DNA of 64,000 nt from an uncultured Alphaproteobacteria bacterium (GCA_944392205.1 CALXVV010000039.1:2368-66367), one strand, 5' to 3'; shown: positions 38,262 to 47,249, counted from the first letter of the stretch. Program-made: numbers and translations. The notes: generated from the sequence alone by a model not told the origin.

Positions 38262-39536
38262 TTAATTCCCCTTGTGTAATTTTCTTTCCGGTACCGGGAC
38301 TGAAAAGCCTATCTCCGGGTTGTAGTTTTTGATCTTTTGCAAGAGTTGATAATCCGGATAGCCATCGGCCGGGAGTCTTGCCGCTTTTTGAACCTTTTTT
38401 ACCGCCTCTTTGGTCTGGCTGCCAAGTTGTCCGTCTTCTTCCAATTTACCCCAACCTAGTTTATTGATAAAAGATTGAATCGTCATGACATCATCCGTTT
38501 TCAACCTGGTGGCAGGGTTGGCAATAATCGGCTTCCAGCTCTTGCCGGAGGCGATGTAATCTGCCAAGATTCCTACCGCCAATGCATAGTTTTCTGAGCG
38601 ATTCCATTGCATAATCTTGTGAAAATTATTTAAAACCAAATAGGCGGGGCCTTTTTTGCCCTCCGGTGTTATGATTGCACCTTTTACATCATCTGCCAGC
38701 TTAATAGCCTTCTTGTCTTTGGTTTTTACCCCCAGTTTTTTCCATTCCTTTATGCTCTTATTCTTGTTTCTGCCGCTTTGAGAAAAATCAAAATTCCAAG
38801 GCAGGCTCACCTCCATTCCCCAGGGCTCATTTTCTTTCCAGCCGATGGATGACAAATAATTTGCCGCTGAAGCCGATGCATCTTCAAAAGAGCGCCAAAT
38901 ATCTATTGCCCCATCTTGGTTAAAATCTACCGCATAGGCATTAAATGTTGAGGGCATAAACTGAAAATGCCCCATGGCGCCGGCCCAGGAGCCCTGCATC
39001 TTGGTATAATCTATCTGCCAGGTGTCTATAATTTTCAAAGCCTCATAAAGTTGGTTGCGGAAAAATGTGGGGCGTCTTTTATCGTAGCTCAAAGTTGTTA
39101 AGGCATCTATGGTATTATAGCCGCCAAAATTGCTGCCGTAGTTGGTTTCCACTCCCCAAAAGGCTACCAGATAATTCCCCTGCACGCCGTATTTCTTTTC
39201 CAGCTTGTCCATTAGCGGTTTTAGCTCTTGGTAGCGGCGTTGCCCTTCGGCTACTCTTTTTTTGTTCACCAGGCGATTTACATATTCCGTACTAGTCAGG
39301 ACAAATTCTGCCTGATGGCGATCTTTTTTGACAACCTCCGGCTCGGGGTGATAAAAATCTTGCGCGTAGACGGTGTCCAGTGTTTTTTTTGAGATGCCTC
39401 TTTGGGCCATATCTGCTTTGAGCTCGTCTAACCAGCTCAAGTACTCCGGCGGCGCAAAAGACGTGACATTTGCACAAGCTGCCGTTGCTACACTCAATGC
39501 TATGGCCAGCATGCTTATTTGGCGGTGAAAACTCAT
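38262..39536 (-). CDS. Lytic murein transglycosylase (MltB family) with C-terminal peptidoglycan-binding domain
   Basis: 424 aa; signal peptide; FWGVETNYG, GAMGHFQFMPSTF, C-terminal DGQLGSQTKEAVKKVQ. Confidence 0.85.
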   Translation of the reverse strand: MSFHRQISMLAIALSVATAACANVTSFAPPEYLSWLDELKADMAQRGISKKTLDTVYAQDFYHPEPEVVKKDRHQAEFVLTSTEYVNRLVNKKRVAEGQRRYQELKPLMDKLEKKYGVQGNYLVAFWGVETNYGSNFGGYNTIDALTTLSYDKRRPTFFRNQLYEALKIIDTWQIDYTKMQGSWAGAMGHFQFMPSTFNAYAVDFNQDGAIDIWRSFEDASASAANYLSSIGWKENEPWGMEVSLPWNFDFSQSGRNKNKSIKEWKKLGVKTKDKKAIKLADDVKGAIITPEGKKGPAYLVLNNFHKIMQWNRSENYALAVGILADYIASGKSWKPIIANPATRLKTDDVMTIQSFINKLGWGKLEEDGQLGSQTKEAVKKVQKAARLPADGYPDYQLLQKIKNYNPEIGFSVPVPERKLHKGN

Positions 39537-39608
39537 TTTGTTTCTTTCTATATTTTTCTATTTTTTTTATTTTTACATCTAACTTGTAAATAAATATTAA
39601 AAAAACGC

Positions 39609-39637
39609 TTGACGAAAAATAAACTTTAAGCTAAAAC
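39609..39637 (+). promoter_or_regulatory. Sigma70-type promoter for tRNA-Ser
   Basis: TTGACG (39609-39614), 17 nt, TAAAAC (39632-39637). Confidence 0.4.
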
Positions 39638-39663
39638 CTGCCCATAAACCGCTTTTATCTCAC

Positions 39664-39753
39664 GGAGAGGTGGCAGAGCGGTTTAATGCAGCGGTCTTGA
39701 AAACCGTCGTGGGCGCGAGCCCACCGTGAGTTCGAATCTCACCCTCTCCGCCA
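39664..39753 (+). tRNA. tRNA-Ser (anticodon UGA), long variable arm, CCA encoded
   Basis: GGAGAGG...CCTCTCC acceptor, anticodon loop CT-TGA-AA, variable arm GTGGGCGCGAGCCCAC, T-arm GTGAG-TTCGAAT-CTCAC. Confidence 0.9.
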
Positions 39754-39758
39754 ATACT

Positions 39759-39783
39759 AAGCCCCGCTTTTTAGCGGGGTTTA
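39759..39783 (+). terminator. Hairpin terminator after tRNA-Ser
   Basis: GCCCCGC (39761-39767) / GCGGGGT (39774-39780) then TT; overlaps stop of the convergent 133-aa ORF. Confidence 0.55.
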
Positions 39784-40182
39784 ATATCTTCCAGAAAACC
39801 AAGCCCTTTTTCCTCTATCATATAATGCTTTTACATTTCCACTTGAACCGGTGATCGCTGTAATATTTCTTTTCTTCTCAGGATTATTTTTGATAAACTC
39901 TTTATCATACTGCCTATATTTTTTTCTTTCTATTAAGACGCCACCTACTTGCCACTTGCTTAAGGGTACACTGTTCAGGTTGCTTTGAAACTTTTTATTG
40001 CGGCGAACTTCAGGTACTTCCCCACATATAACATCTCTTAACTCCTGCAATTTTTCGGCAGAGTTCATATCAAAGTCCTTAACCTTTGCATTTTCGCCCC
40101 GAGTTAAATCCGTAAACTCTTTGGTCTTTATAAATTCTTCAAAAGCTTTCCATTCCGGTGAATTTTTTGTATCTGATATCAT
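39781..40182 (-). CDS. Hypothetical protein (133 aa), AT-rich
   Basis: Start set at MISDTKNSPEW (ATG 40182) because of SD AAGGGAG 8 nt upstream; no motif recognised. Confidence 0.5.
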   Translation of the reverse strand: MISDTKNSPEWKAFEEFIKTKEFTDLTRGENAKVKDFDMNSAEKLQELRDVICGEVPEVRRNKKFQSNLNSVPLSKWQVGGVLIERKKYRQYDKEFIKNNPEKKRNITAITGSSGNVKALYDRGKRAWFSGRY

Positions 40183-40295
40183 CTTTTTGCTCCCTTTAGC
40201 ATAATTGATGATACCATACAACAGGCCTCTTAACAATCTTTTAATGCCACAAAAAAAGACCCGCGGGCGCAAAAGCACCGGCAGGTCTGAACTCA

Positions 40296-41411
40296 CTACT
40301 TTTCCTTTCTGGAAAGCTTTGCTACATTGGCTTTGGCCAGCTCCAGCTCATGAGGGGTAAGAACATCCGTGTTACTCTTCTCAAGGTAGGTGATGATGTC
40401 CTCTATATCCTCATAGCTGCCCGGCGCCATTCCCTTCTCTGTCTGACGCAGATACAAAGAGTAGTTCTCCATATCCGTCAGCAGCAGAAGTTTGCAACGC
40501 TGCATCAGGCGGCCCTCTGCAGGCAGAAGCTCCGCTTTTCTGAATGTTTCGAAATCAAGGAACTTTATTAACTCAACATTCTCAAGCCTGGAGGCTATGC
40601 CTCTGGTTTGAAGCCATTTGACCGTCTCTTGCGGACACTTTTTGAAGCTGCAGAGAAACATTGCCCTTTGCAAATCTTCAAATTTGCTATCCACACCCTT
40701 TTGAACAATCTCTATTTGCAGACGGTTCAGGAGGTAGGCGACCTGGCTAAAATTGCTCCAGGTTCGCTTTTGGTAGACTTTGCACAGAATCGCCCACAAC
40801 TCGGCATCGCCACCGAACAGCACATCAAACTTCGGTTTGAGGTAGTGCGGCATCATCATGTTGTGAACACCGGGCGTGACATGGTGCAGAGCGGCAATAT
40901 ACTCTCCTCTCTTGCAGAGGTCTTTGGCCACGGTGGAAGACATGTGACTCACCTCATCATTGGTGTGCATGAGATGATAGTTTTGCCTCGTGAGAGGATA
41001 GTTGCGGATGCTGAACTGAAGAAGAATGCGATCTTCCAACTCTTCCTCAATGTGGATATCCGTATCATTGCGGACACCGCGAATCATGTCCGTGGCGCCA
41101 CAGCGGATGGCCGTATCAACAACCTCGCCTTTGATGGCGACAACCTGTACGATCTCCGGATTTTGGCGGATACGTTCAATAATCTCGTTGCGGAACTGGA
41201 CCGGACCGCATTTGAACTTGAGGATATCCTCAATGCTCTGACGCGCCATCTTTACTCGTTCTTCTTGCGAAAAATCGCAATTGACAAACATCCCATCTTC
41301 TACGCCGATGATGATTTTTTCGTTCTCTCTGAGCGTGCGGATAAGAATGTTTAAATGCCCGCGGGTGAAGGGATCAAACAGCCCGCTGTAAAAAGCAACG
41401 CTTCCTTTCAT
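40296..41411 (-). CDS. CoaD-like (phosphopantetheine adenylyltransferase-type) nucleotidyltransferase fused to unknown ~190-aa C-terminal domain; compositionally foreign
   Basis: 371 aa. N-half aligns by eye to E. coli CoaD: FYSGLFDPFTRGHLNIL (GTFDPITNGH), ATDMIRGVRNDTD (LIRGLRAVAD), SHMSSTVAKDL (ISSSLVKEV). ~53-57% GC in sampled blocks; no SD. Confidence 0.75.
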   Translation of the reverse strand: MKGSVAFYSGLFDPFTRGHLNILIRTLRENEKIIIGVEDGMFVNCDFSQEERVKMARQSIEDILKFKCGPVQFRNEIIERIRQNPEIVQVVAIKGEVVDTAIRCGATDMIRGVRNDTDIHIEEELEDRILLQFSIRNYPLTRQNYHLMHTNDEVSHMSSTVAKDLCKRGEYIAALHHVTPGVHNMMMPHYLKPKFDVLFGGDAELWAILCKVYQKRTWSNFSQVAYLLNRLQIEIVQKGVDSKFEDLQRAMFLCSFKKCPQETVKWLQTRGIASRLENVELIKFLDFETFRKAELLPAEGRLMQRCKLLLLTDMENYSLYLRQTEKGMAPGSYEDIEDIITYLEKSNTDVLTPHELELAKANVAKLSRKEK

Positions 41412-41458
41412 ACAAAAATTTTTTAAAAATTAAACAATATGATACTTAAGGTGCTCTC

Positions 41459-41536
41459 AACATAAATTCGGGCTCTCTATTTGTCAATCTTTTATATTTT
41501 TTATTTGTTGACAAAATTTGCCAACAATGCTATAAA
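41459..41536. promoter_or_regulatory. Back-to-back divergent sigma70-type promoters built on an inverted repeat
   Basis: Plus: TTGACA 41508-41513, 17 nt, TATAAA 41531-41536. Minus: TTGACA (complement of 41482-41487), 17 nt, TATGTT (complement of 41459-41464). The -35 boxes sit within IR TTTGTCAA/TTGACAAA. Confidence 0.55.
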
Positions 41537-41575
41537 TGACACATTCGAGTACAAATTATTTAAAAACTAAATGCT

Positions 41576-41758
41576 ATGAAAAGACTTATCACAATTGCAG
41601 ATGTAGTAGAATTCCTCAATAGAGTCGGAATTGATTTCGAAAAAAATTCTATTCGTAAGGTAACATTGCCCCGATCTAAAGAGCCTTTCTGGCAGTTCCG
41701 AGGCATCTTTCGAAACTATATCATCACTGAACGAGGTGATTTAGTTTCTGCCATCTGA
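41576..41758 (+). CDS. Small (60 aa) excisionase/AlpA-type HTH-like protein
   Basis: MKRLITIADVVEFLNRVGIDFEKNSIRKVTLPRSKEPFWQFRG resembles HTH_17 pattern (..LT..E.a.fL.vs...i.r...lP......W.Fr). Own promoter and terminator; no SD. Confidence 0.45.
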   Translation: MKRLITIADVVEFLNRVGIDFEKNSIRKVTLPRSKEPFWQFRGIFRNYIITERGDLVSAI

Positions 41759-41771
41759 GTTCACAACTTTT

Positions 41772-41811
41772 GCCCCCGCTGAACTTGTTTTAGCCGGGGC
41801 TTTTCTTTTTT
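41772..41811 (+). terminator. Intrinsic terminator
   Basis: GCCCCCGCT (41772-41780) / AGCCGGGGC (41792-41800), one mismatch, then TTTTCTTTTTT. Confidence 0.7.
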
Positions 41812-41889
41812 AGATATCAAATTCTTTTTTCTTGTCTTTGGCTCTAAAAAATGTTTTGATGTTTAGGTAACAAAAAAAGGACTTGGACG

Positions 41890-42549
41890 ATGGAACTTTC
41901 AAAACCCGGTTGGCGCCCCTACACTATCAAAGAAGAAATTTGGAACTGTATTATCCACGGAATCGGTATTGGTTTGAGTATCGCCGGGTTGGTGGTTTTG
42001 GTGGTGTTTTCCGCCCTGCATGGAAACGCTTGGGCCGTGGTGTCTTCCTCTATCTTTGGGGCATCTATGATAGTTCTTTACAGCTCTTCTACCATTTATC
42101 ATGCCGTAAGTAGCGAGAAATGGAAAAAACGCCTTAAAAAGCTTGATCATATTTCCATCTTCTACCTCATTGCCGGCACTTATACGCCATTTTTGCTCAT
42201 TAATCTTCGCGGAGCTCTGGGTTGGACCTTGTTCGGCATTGTCTGGGGGCTGGCTCTTATTGGCACGTTTCTCAAGCTTCTCACCTCCGGCAGCGGGACC
42301 AAGATCTGGTCTATCAGCCTTTATCTCTCTATGGGGTGGATGATTATATTCGCCTCTAAAAGCCTGTTCCAAAATCTCTCAACTCTTGGAGGCGTTTTCT
42401 TAATTTTGGGTGGCGTATTTTACACTTTGGGCATATTCTTCTACATCTGGAAAAGCAAAAAATACACGCATGCCATTTGGCACTTCTTTGTGCTTACAGG
42501 AACAATTATGCATTTCTTTTCCGTGCTTTACGGCTGTATCTTAATCTAA
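41890..42549 (+). CDS. trhA: Hemolysin III / PAQR-family membrane protein
   Basis: 219 aa, 7 TM; NCIIHGIG, SSTIYH, LDHISIFYLIAGTYTPF, HAIWHFFVL. Confidence 0.85.
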   Translation: MELSKPGWRPYTIKEEIWNCIIHGIGIGLSIAGLVVLVVFSALHGNAWAVVSSSIFGASMIVLYSSSTIYHAVSSEKWKKRLKKLDHISIFYLIAGTYTPFLLINLRGALGWTLFGIVWGLALIGTFLKLLTSGSGTKIWSISLYLSMGWMIIFASKSLFQNLSTLGGVFLILGGVFYTLGIFFYIWKSKKYTHAIWHFFVLTGTIMHFFSVLYGCILI

Positions 42550-42559
42550 AACATTAAAA

Positions 42560-42946
42560 TTACCATCGCTCCGTTACGCAGTCATCGCCGTTGAAACTAT
42601 AGTTGGTGACAATCCCGTTACTTATCGTAAACGAGGTCTTGCAATAATAATCTGAAGGCATCGGTGCACTCGGGTAGTCAAAATCAGGTGTCGAATCCGC
42701 CGCATAATAAAATTCATCGCTATACGGGTCACTTATTCCCCCTTTGGCGTGAGTTGAAAACTCAACATAAGTCACCACTTTTTCATTGGGTGCTACATAA
42801 AATACATTGTGCGGAATTCCCCAAGACTGCTCCAAACTTGCCTCTGATTGCCCAATCCACGGTTGCAGCGTGGCGCCGTAATCTTGGTTTATCATGCAAC
42901 CGGCCGCTAATGAAATAAAACCTAACCGTGCAAATTTTTTAATCAT
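42560..42946 (-). CDS. Hypothetical lipoprotein
   Basis: 128 aa; lipobox SLAAGC. Confidence 0.55.
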   Translation of the reverse strand: MIKKFARLGFISLAAGCMINQDYGATLQPWIGQSEASLEQSWGIPHNVFYVAPNEKVVTYVEFSTHAKGGISDPYSDEFYYAADSTPDFDYPSAPMPSDYYCKTSFTISNGIVTNYSFNGDDCVTERW

Positions 42947-42990
42947 CTCTATCTCCTTATTTTTTTATAAAGAGATATACTCCGCTTTTT

Positions 42991-44289
42991 TTAGATTTCA
43001 TCCCTTGAGGTGAGCATCTTTTTTAACCTGGCGGCTGATTTTTCATCCAGTCTGACTTTGAAAACTATCGTATCTTCTTTTATCTGTTTGGAAAGTATTT
43101 CCGAATTTTCATATACCCACGCTATCAACTTTCCCTCTGTTACCGGAACGCCAAACTCCAAAACCTCAAAACCATCTGCCAATCGCTCATCTAATTCATG
43201 TAAAAATTTATCGCATCCCTCACCGGTTAAAGCAGAAACGAGCACCGTTTTTTTGCTCTTTGACAATTCTTTTTGTTTTTCTTCCGTCAACAAGTCTGCT
43301 TTATTTAACAATTCTATATATTTAGAGCTTTCTTCTATATTCTCTAGCCCCAAACTTTCCAAAACTTTCAGAACATCTTGCTTTTGCTCTTTGCTCTCAT
43401 CGTTGGCGGCATCTCTGACATGGACAATAATATCTGCCTCTAAAACCTCTTCCAATGTGGCGCGAAAAGCCATAACCAGCTCATGGGGCAGATCTGAAAT
43501 AAACCCAACCGTATCTGACAAAATCACAACCCGGCCTGATGGCAATTCCAGCTTTCTCAACGCCGGGTCAAGTGTTGCAAAAAGCATATCTTTAGCTAGA
43601 ACATTTCCTTTTGTCAGTGTGTTAAACAGTGTCGATTTTCCGGCATTGGTATAGCCAACCAAGGCCACAACCGGGTATGGCACCCGTTTTCTTGCAGAAC
43701 GCTGTATCTGTCTGGTTTGGCGCACTTTTTCCAGCTCTTTTTTTATCCGCAAAATCTTGTCATCAATAATTCGGCGGTCCAGCTCTATCTGTGTTTCTCC
43801 AGGGCCGCCCAGAAAGCCCGCGCCGCCTCTTTGCCGCTCCAAGTGTGTCCAGCTTCTGACCAAGCGGCTGCGCTGATAACTCAAATGCGCCAACTCTACT
43901 TGCAACTTACCTTCGCTGGTTTGGGCACGCTCGCCGAATATCTCCAATATCAGCGCTGTCCTGTCTATTACCTTTATTTGTAAGAATTTTTCCAGATTTC
44001 TTTGCTGAATGGGGGTTAGTTCTGCATCCACCACCAGCAGTTCAACCTCTTTTTCCCGCAAAATCGGTAACAAACGCTCTAAAACACCCTGCCCAATTAA
44101 TGTGGCAGGTTTCACTCTTCTTAAACGGATAATTTCCTGATATGCGACGTCTAAATCTATGGCCAAGGCCAAGCCAACCGCCTCTGCCAACCTCGCCTCG
44201 GCTGAAACACTCAAATAACTCTCCGCAATCTCTGGAAAAATTACGGCTGCTTTGGTCCTATGCCTGGAATTAAACTCTATAAACGCCAA
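42991..44289 (-). CDS. hflX: GTPase HflX
   Basis: 432 aa; G1 GYTNAGKST, G3 DTVGF, G4 NKAD; follows hfq. Confidence 0.9.
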   Translation of the reverse strand: MAFIEFNSRHRTKAAVIFPEIAESYLSVSAEARLAEAVGLALAIDLDVAYQEIIRLRRVKPATLIGQGVLERLLPILREKEVELLVVDAELTPIQQRNLEKFLQIKVIDRTALILEIFGERAQTSEGKLQVELAHLSYQRSRLVRSWTHLERQRGGAGFLGGPGETQIELDRRIIDDKILRIKKELEKVRQTRQIQRSARKRVPYPVVALVGYTNAGKSTLFNTLTKGNVLAKDMLFATLDPALRKLELPSGRVVILSDTVGFISDLPHELVMAFRATLEEVLEADIIVHVRDAANDESKEQKQDVLKVLESLGLENIEESSKYIELLNKADLLTEEKQKELSKSKKTVLVSALTGEGCDKFLHELDERLADGFEVLEFGVPVTEGKLIAWVYENSEILSKQIKEDTIVFKVRLDEKSAARLKKMLTSRDEI

Positions 44290-44290
44290 T

Positions 44291-44515
44291 TTATTTTTCT
44301 ATTTCCAGCTCAACGGCCTCTGCCGGCATAATTGTTGACACTGCGTGCTTATATATCAATTGCGTATGTCCATCGCGGCGCAATAACAATGATGTCTCAT
44401 CATACCAGGTGATTATTCCCTGCAGTTTTACCCCGTTTACCAAAAATACGGTAACTGAAATCTTGTTCTCTTTTAAGTTATCTAAAAAATCGTTTTGGAC
44501 ATTTTGTGACATCAC
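44291..44515 (-). CDS. hfq: RNA chaperone Hfq
   Basis: 74 aa; Sm1/Sm2 [25 protein letters not shown]...[13 protein letters not shown]. Confidence 0.95.
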   Translation of the reverse strand: MMSQNVQNDFLDNLKENKISVTVFLVNGVKLQGIITWYDETSLLLRRDGHTQLIYKHAVSTIMPAEAVELEIEK

Positions 44516-44583
44516 TTTATTCCTTCTTTTTATTATTGCTGTTCTTTATTCTAACAACATTTTTTTCCATTAGTAAAGTTTTT

Positions 44584-45942
44584 TTAGGCAAAAATATTTT
44601 CTGCCTGTCGAATGGCCGCGGAATCTACATAAACAAGCAAAACATCTCCCGTGCTCAGTCTGGTCGTGGGATCAGGATAAATGCTTTCTTCTCCCCGACT
44701 TATCATGAAAATTCGGCATGATTTGGGTAGACTTAGCTCCCCTATCTTCTTTTCACAACAGCTGTCTTCCTCGCTTAGTTTTATCTCCCATATCTCCCCA
44801 TGGCCGCGGCTTACGGCATAGGCCTCCTGCATCTTGGTCTTGCGGATTTCTTTTAGCAATTTCGATATCGTTACCGAACTGCGCTCAATCAGAATATTAT
44901 CACCAATGTTAAACACCAAGTTGCTGTATGAGGGTGTGTTTACAACCGACAAAGTCGAAGAAACACCCCTCTTTTCTGCCAATAATGAGGCTAGCAGATT
45001 GTCCTTGTCATTATCCGTTAGGGCAATAGTCGCATCGGTGTGGCCAATATCTGCCTCATTTAAAATAACGTCACTCAACATCTCTCCGTGAATGATGACT
45101 GCGCTTGATAGCTCTTTGGCCAGTTCTCTGGCCTTATCGTAGTCTTCTTCTATAATCTTACAGCTGATGATGCTATCATCCAGCTCTATCTCTTTTCCCA
45201 AGTGTTCGGCTATGGCGTTGCCGCCGAATATCAACACTCTCTCGTTGGCTTGTTTTTCCAGCCCAAAGGCCGCTATTGTGTTGTAGACTTCTGAAATCGG
45301 CACATATATATTTATCTCGTCTTCTGCGGCAAAGCTATCGTAGGCTTCGGGAATAAAACATCTTCCCTCTCTTAAGATATTTACGACCGCAATATCTAAG
45401 TCCTCATTTTGGCGGTTTAGCTGCAACAATGGGATGTTTAGCAGCGGGCATGTCTTTGACAATTTGAGGCTTAGAATACATCCCTTATCTTTTAGGACCG
45501 GTAAAAAACCTGAACAACCCGGATATTTTAGAACCTGCAAAATGTTTTCAGCGATCTCAATCTCGGGAGATATGATGTTGTCTATTGGTAAATGGCGGTC
45601 ATTATACAAAACTCCCCACACAGGATCCAAAAACACCTCACTGTCTATGCGGGCAATCTTGCGCGGAACATTAAACAAACTGTAGGCTATTTGGCATATC
45701 AGCATATTGACTTCATCTGATCCGGTCACGGCCAAAATTAAATCGGCATCTCTAATTCCTGCTCGCTCTAAAACATCGGGGTGTGCAGCCTCGCCTAATA
45801 TCGGCAAGACATCATATTCATTTGATATCTCATCCAGGCAGTGTTGGTCGTGGTCTATTACCACAATGTCGTTATTACCCTTCACCAGATAGCTTACGAT
45901 ACTTTGACCCACGTTACCGCCGCCGCAGACAATTATCTTCAT
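44584..45942 (-). CDS. trkA: Trk system potassium uptake protein TrkA
   Basis: 452 aa; two Rossmann RCK modules, MKIIVCGGGNVGQSI and LIFGGNAIAEHL. Confidence 0.9.
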   Translation of the reverse strand: MKIIVCGGGNVGQSIVSYLVKGNNDIVVIDHDQHCLDEISNEYDVLPILGEAAHPDVLERAGIRDADLILAVTGSDEVNMLICQIAYSLFNVPRKIARIDSEVFLDPVWGVLYNDRHLPIDNIISPEIEIAENILQVLKYPGCSGFLPVLKDKGCILSLKLSKTCPLLNIPLLQLNRQNEDLDIAVVNILREGRCFIPEAYDSFAAEDEINIYVPISEVYNTIAAFGLEKQANERVLIFGGNAIAEHLGKEIELDDSIISCKIIEEDYDKARELAKELSSAVIIHGEMLSDVILNEADIGHTDATIALTDNDKDNLLASLLAEKRGVSSTLSVVNTPSYSNLVFNIGDNILIERSSVTISKLLKEIRKTKMQEAYAVSRGHGEIWEIKLSEEDSCCEKKIGELSLPKSCRIFMISRGEESIYPDPTTRLSTGDVLLVYVDSAAIRQAENIFA

Positions 45943-46901
45943 TCCTTAGCCTCTTCAAAATAAAGGTTAATCTCCTTTAAGGCCTCCGGCAAATTATCTA
46001 TATGCACGTACTTTTCCCTAAATCTTTTGGCATCTCTCATGCTTTTGGTATACCAACAGACATATTTGCGCGAAAGTCCTAAAGCTATTTTCTCTCCATA
46101 ATAATTCACCAGTTCTTTAATATGGGTTAACAAGGTTTCTTTTACAAGTTGATGGGATGGTGGTAAAAATTCTTCTCCGGTTTTAAGCCCCTTATCTATT
46201 TGGCTTATCAGCCATGGCTGCCCCAACGCCGCGCGGCCAATCATAACACCGTCAGCTCCCGTATATTCAAGCATTTTTCTGGCGTCTGTAACAGAACCAA
46301 CATCCCCATTGCCGACAACAGGTATCTTAACGGCCGCTTTAACCTCACCGATGATATTCCAATCTGCCCGGCCGGAATAAAATTCTGATCTTGTCCGCCC
46401 ATGCACTGTGATATATGAGGCACCGCTTTCTTCACACATCTTGGCAAATTCAACCGCATTTACGTGTTGGCAATCCCATCCTTTGCGGAATTTTACGCTC
46501 ACCTTTAAGGGCGTGGCTTTAACCACTGTTTCTATTATCTTTGAGGCCAGAGGCATATCTGTCATCAGGTAGGAGCCGCTCTTGTTTGCAACAATTTTTC
46601 TCACCGGGCAACCCATATTTATGTCCAAAGAGTGAGCCCCTAAATCTTGAGCCAATTTGGCGGCAAAATCAAACAACTGCAAATCGCTTCCTACCAGCTG
46701 AACCACTACCGGATAAGGCTCATCTCTGACATCTGCTATTCTATAACTTTTGGGATTCTTGCGTGATAAGGCATTGATTGCCACCATTTCGGAGACGATG
46801 TTGCCTTTGCCAAAGCCTGCCGTCAGTTTTCTTAACGGCTTATCCGTTATTCCTGCCATTGGTGCCAAAAATACTTGGCTGTCAAAATCCAATATCTGCA
46901 T
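45939..46901 (-). CDS. dusB: tRNA-dihydrouridine synthase B
   Basis: 320 aa; LAPMAGITDKPLR, DINMGCP, ITVHGRT; 4-nt overlap with trkA. Confidence 0.9.
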   Translation of the reverse strand: MQILDFDSQVFLAPMAGITDKPLRKLTAGFGKGNIVSEMVAINALSRKNPKSYRIADVRDEPYPVVVQLVGSDLQLFDFAAKLAQDLGAHSLDINMGCPVRKIVANKSGSYLMTDMPLASKIIETVVKATPLKVSVKFRKGWDCQHVNAVEFAKMCEESGASYITVHGRTRSEFYSGRADWNIIGEVKAAVKIPVVGNGDVGSVTDARKMLEYTGADGVMIGRAALGQPWLISQIDKGLKTGEEFLPPSHQLVKETLLTHIKELVNYYGEKIALGLSRKYVCWYTKSMRDAKRFREKYVHIDNLPEALKEINLYFEEAKE

Positions 46902-47240
46902 TTATACCTTAAAATCAAATTCTTGGTTGTTTTTGAACATGAAGTCTATCAAAACCGTTGGCTCTTTTAATACCTCCCCGGCTTGTTGGTATGAGGAGGC
47001 TGCATAGGCGCTACCACCGGTTTCCATTTTATTGCCGCTTTGTATTTGCCAGCTTATTTCTTCAGGCAAAAGCCGATAAGCGTACCCCTTAATCTGTTCG
47101 GCATAAGGCCGGTTCCAATTAGCATCTTCTTTTTCTCTTGATGGCGCTTCAAAAGAAGATTGGTCTTTTATCTTTGCAACAGAGGAGTATATCTGTTGCT
47201 GAAGATTGTTAAGGTAGTCGTTTACATAAAGCCGGCTCAT
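46902..47240 (-). CDS. Hypothetical protein (112 aa)
   Basis: ORF abuts dusB start and follows the giant coiled-coil gene; no motif recognised. Confidence 0.45.
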   Translation of the reverse strand: MSRLYVNDYLNNLQQQIYSSVAKIKDQSSFEAPSREKEDANWNRPYAEQIKGYAYRLLPEEISWQIQSGNKMETGGSAYAASSYQQAGEVLKEPTVLIDFMFKNNQEFDFKV

Positions 47241-47249
47241 GCCTCAATT

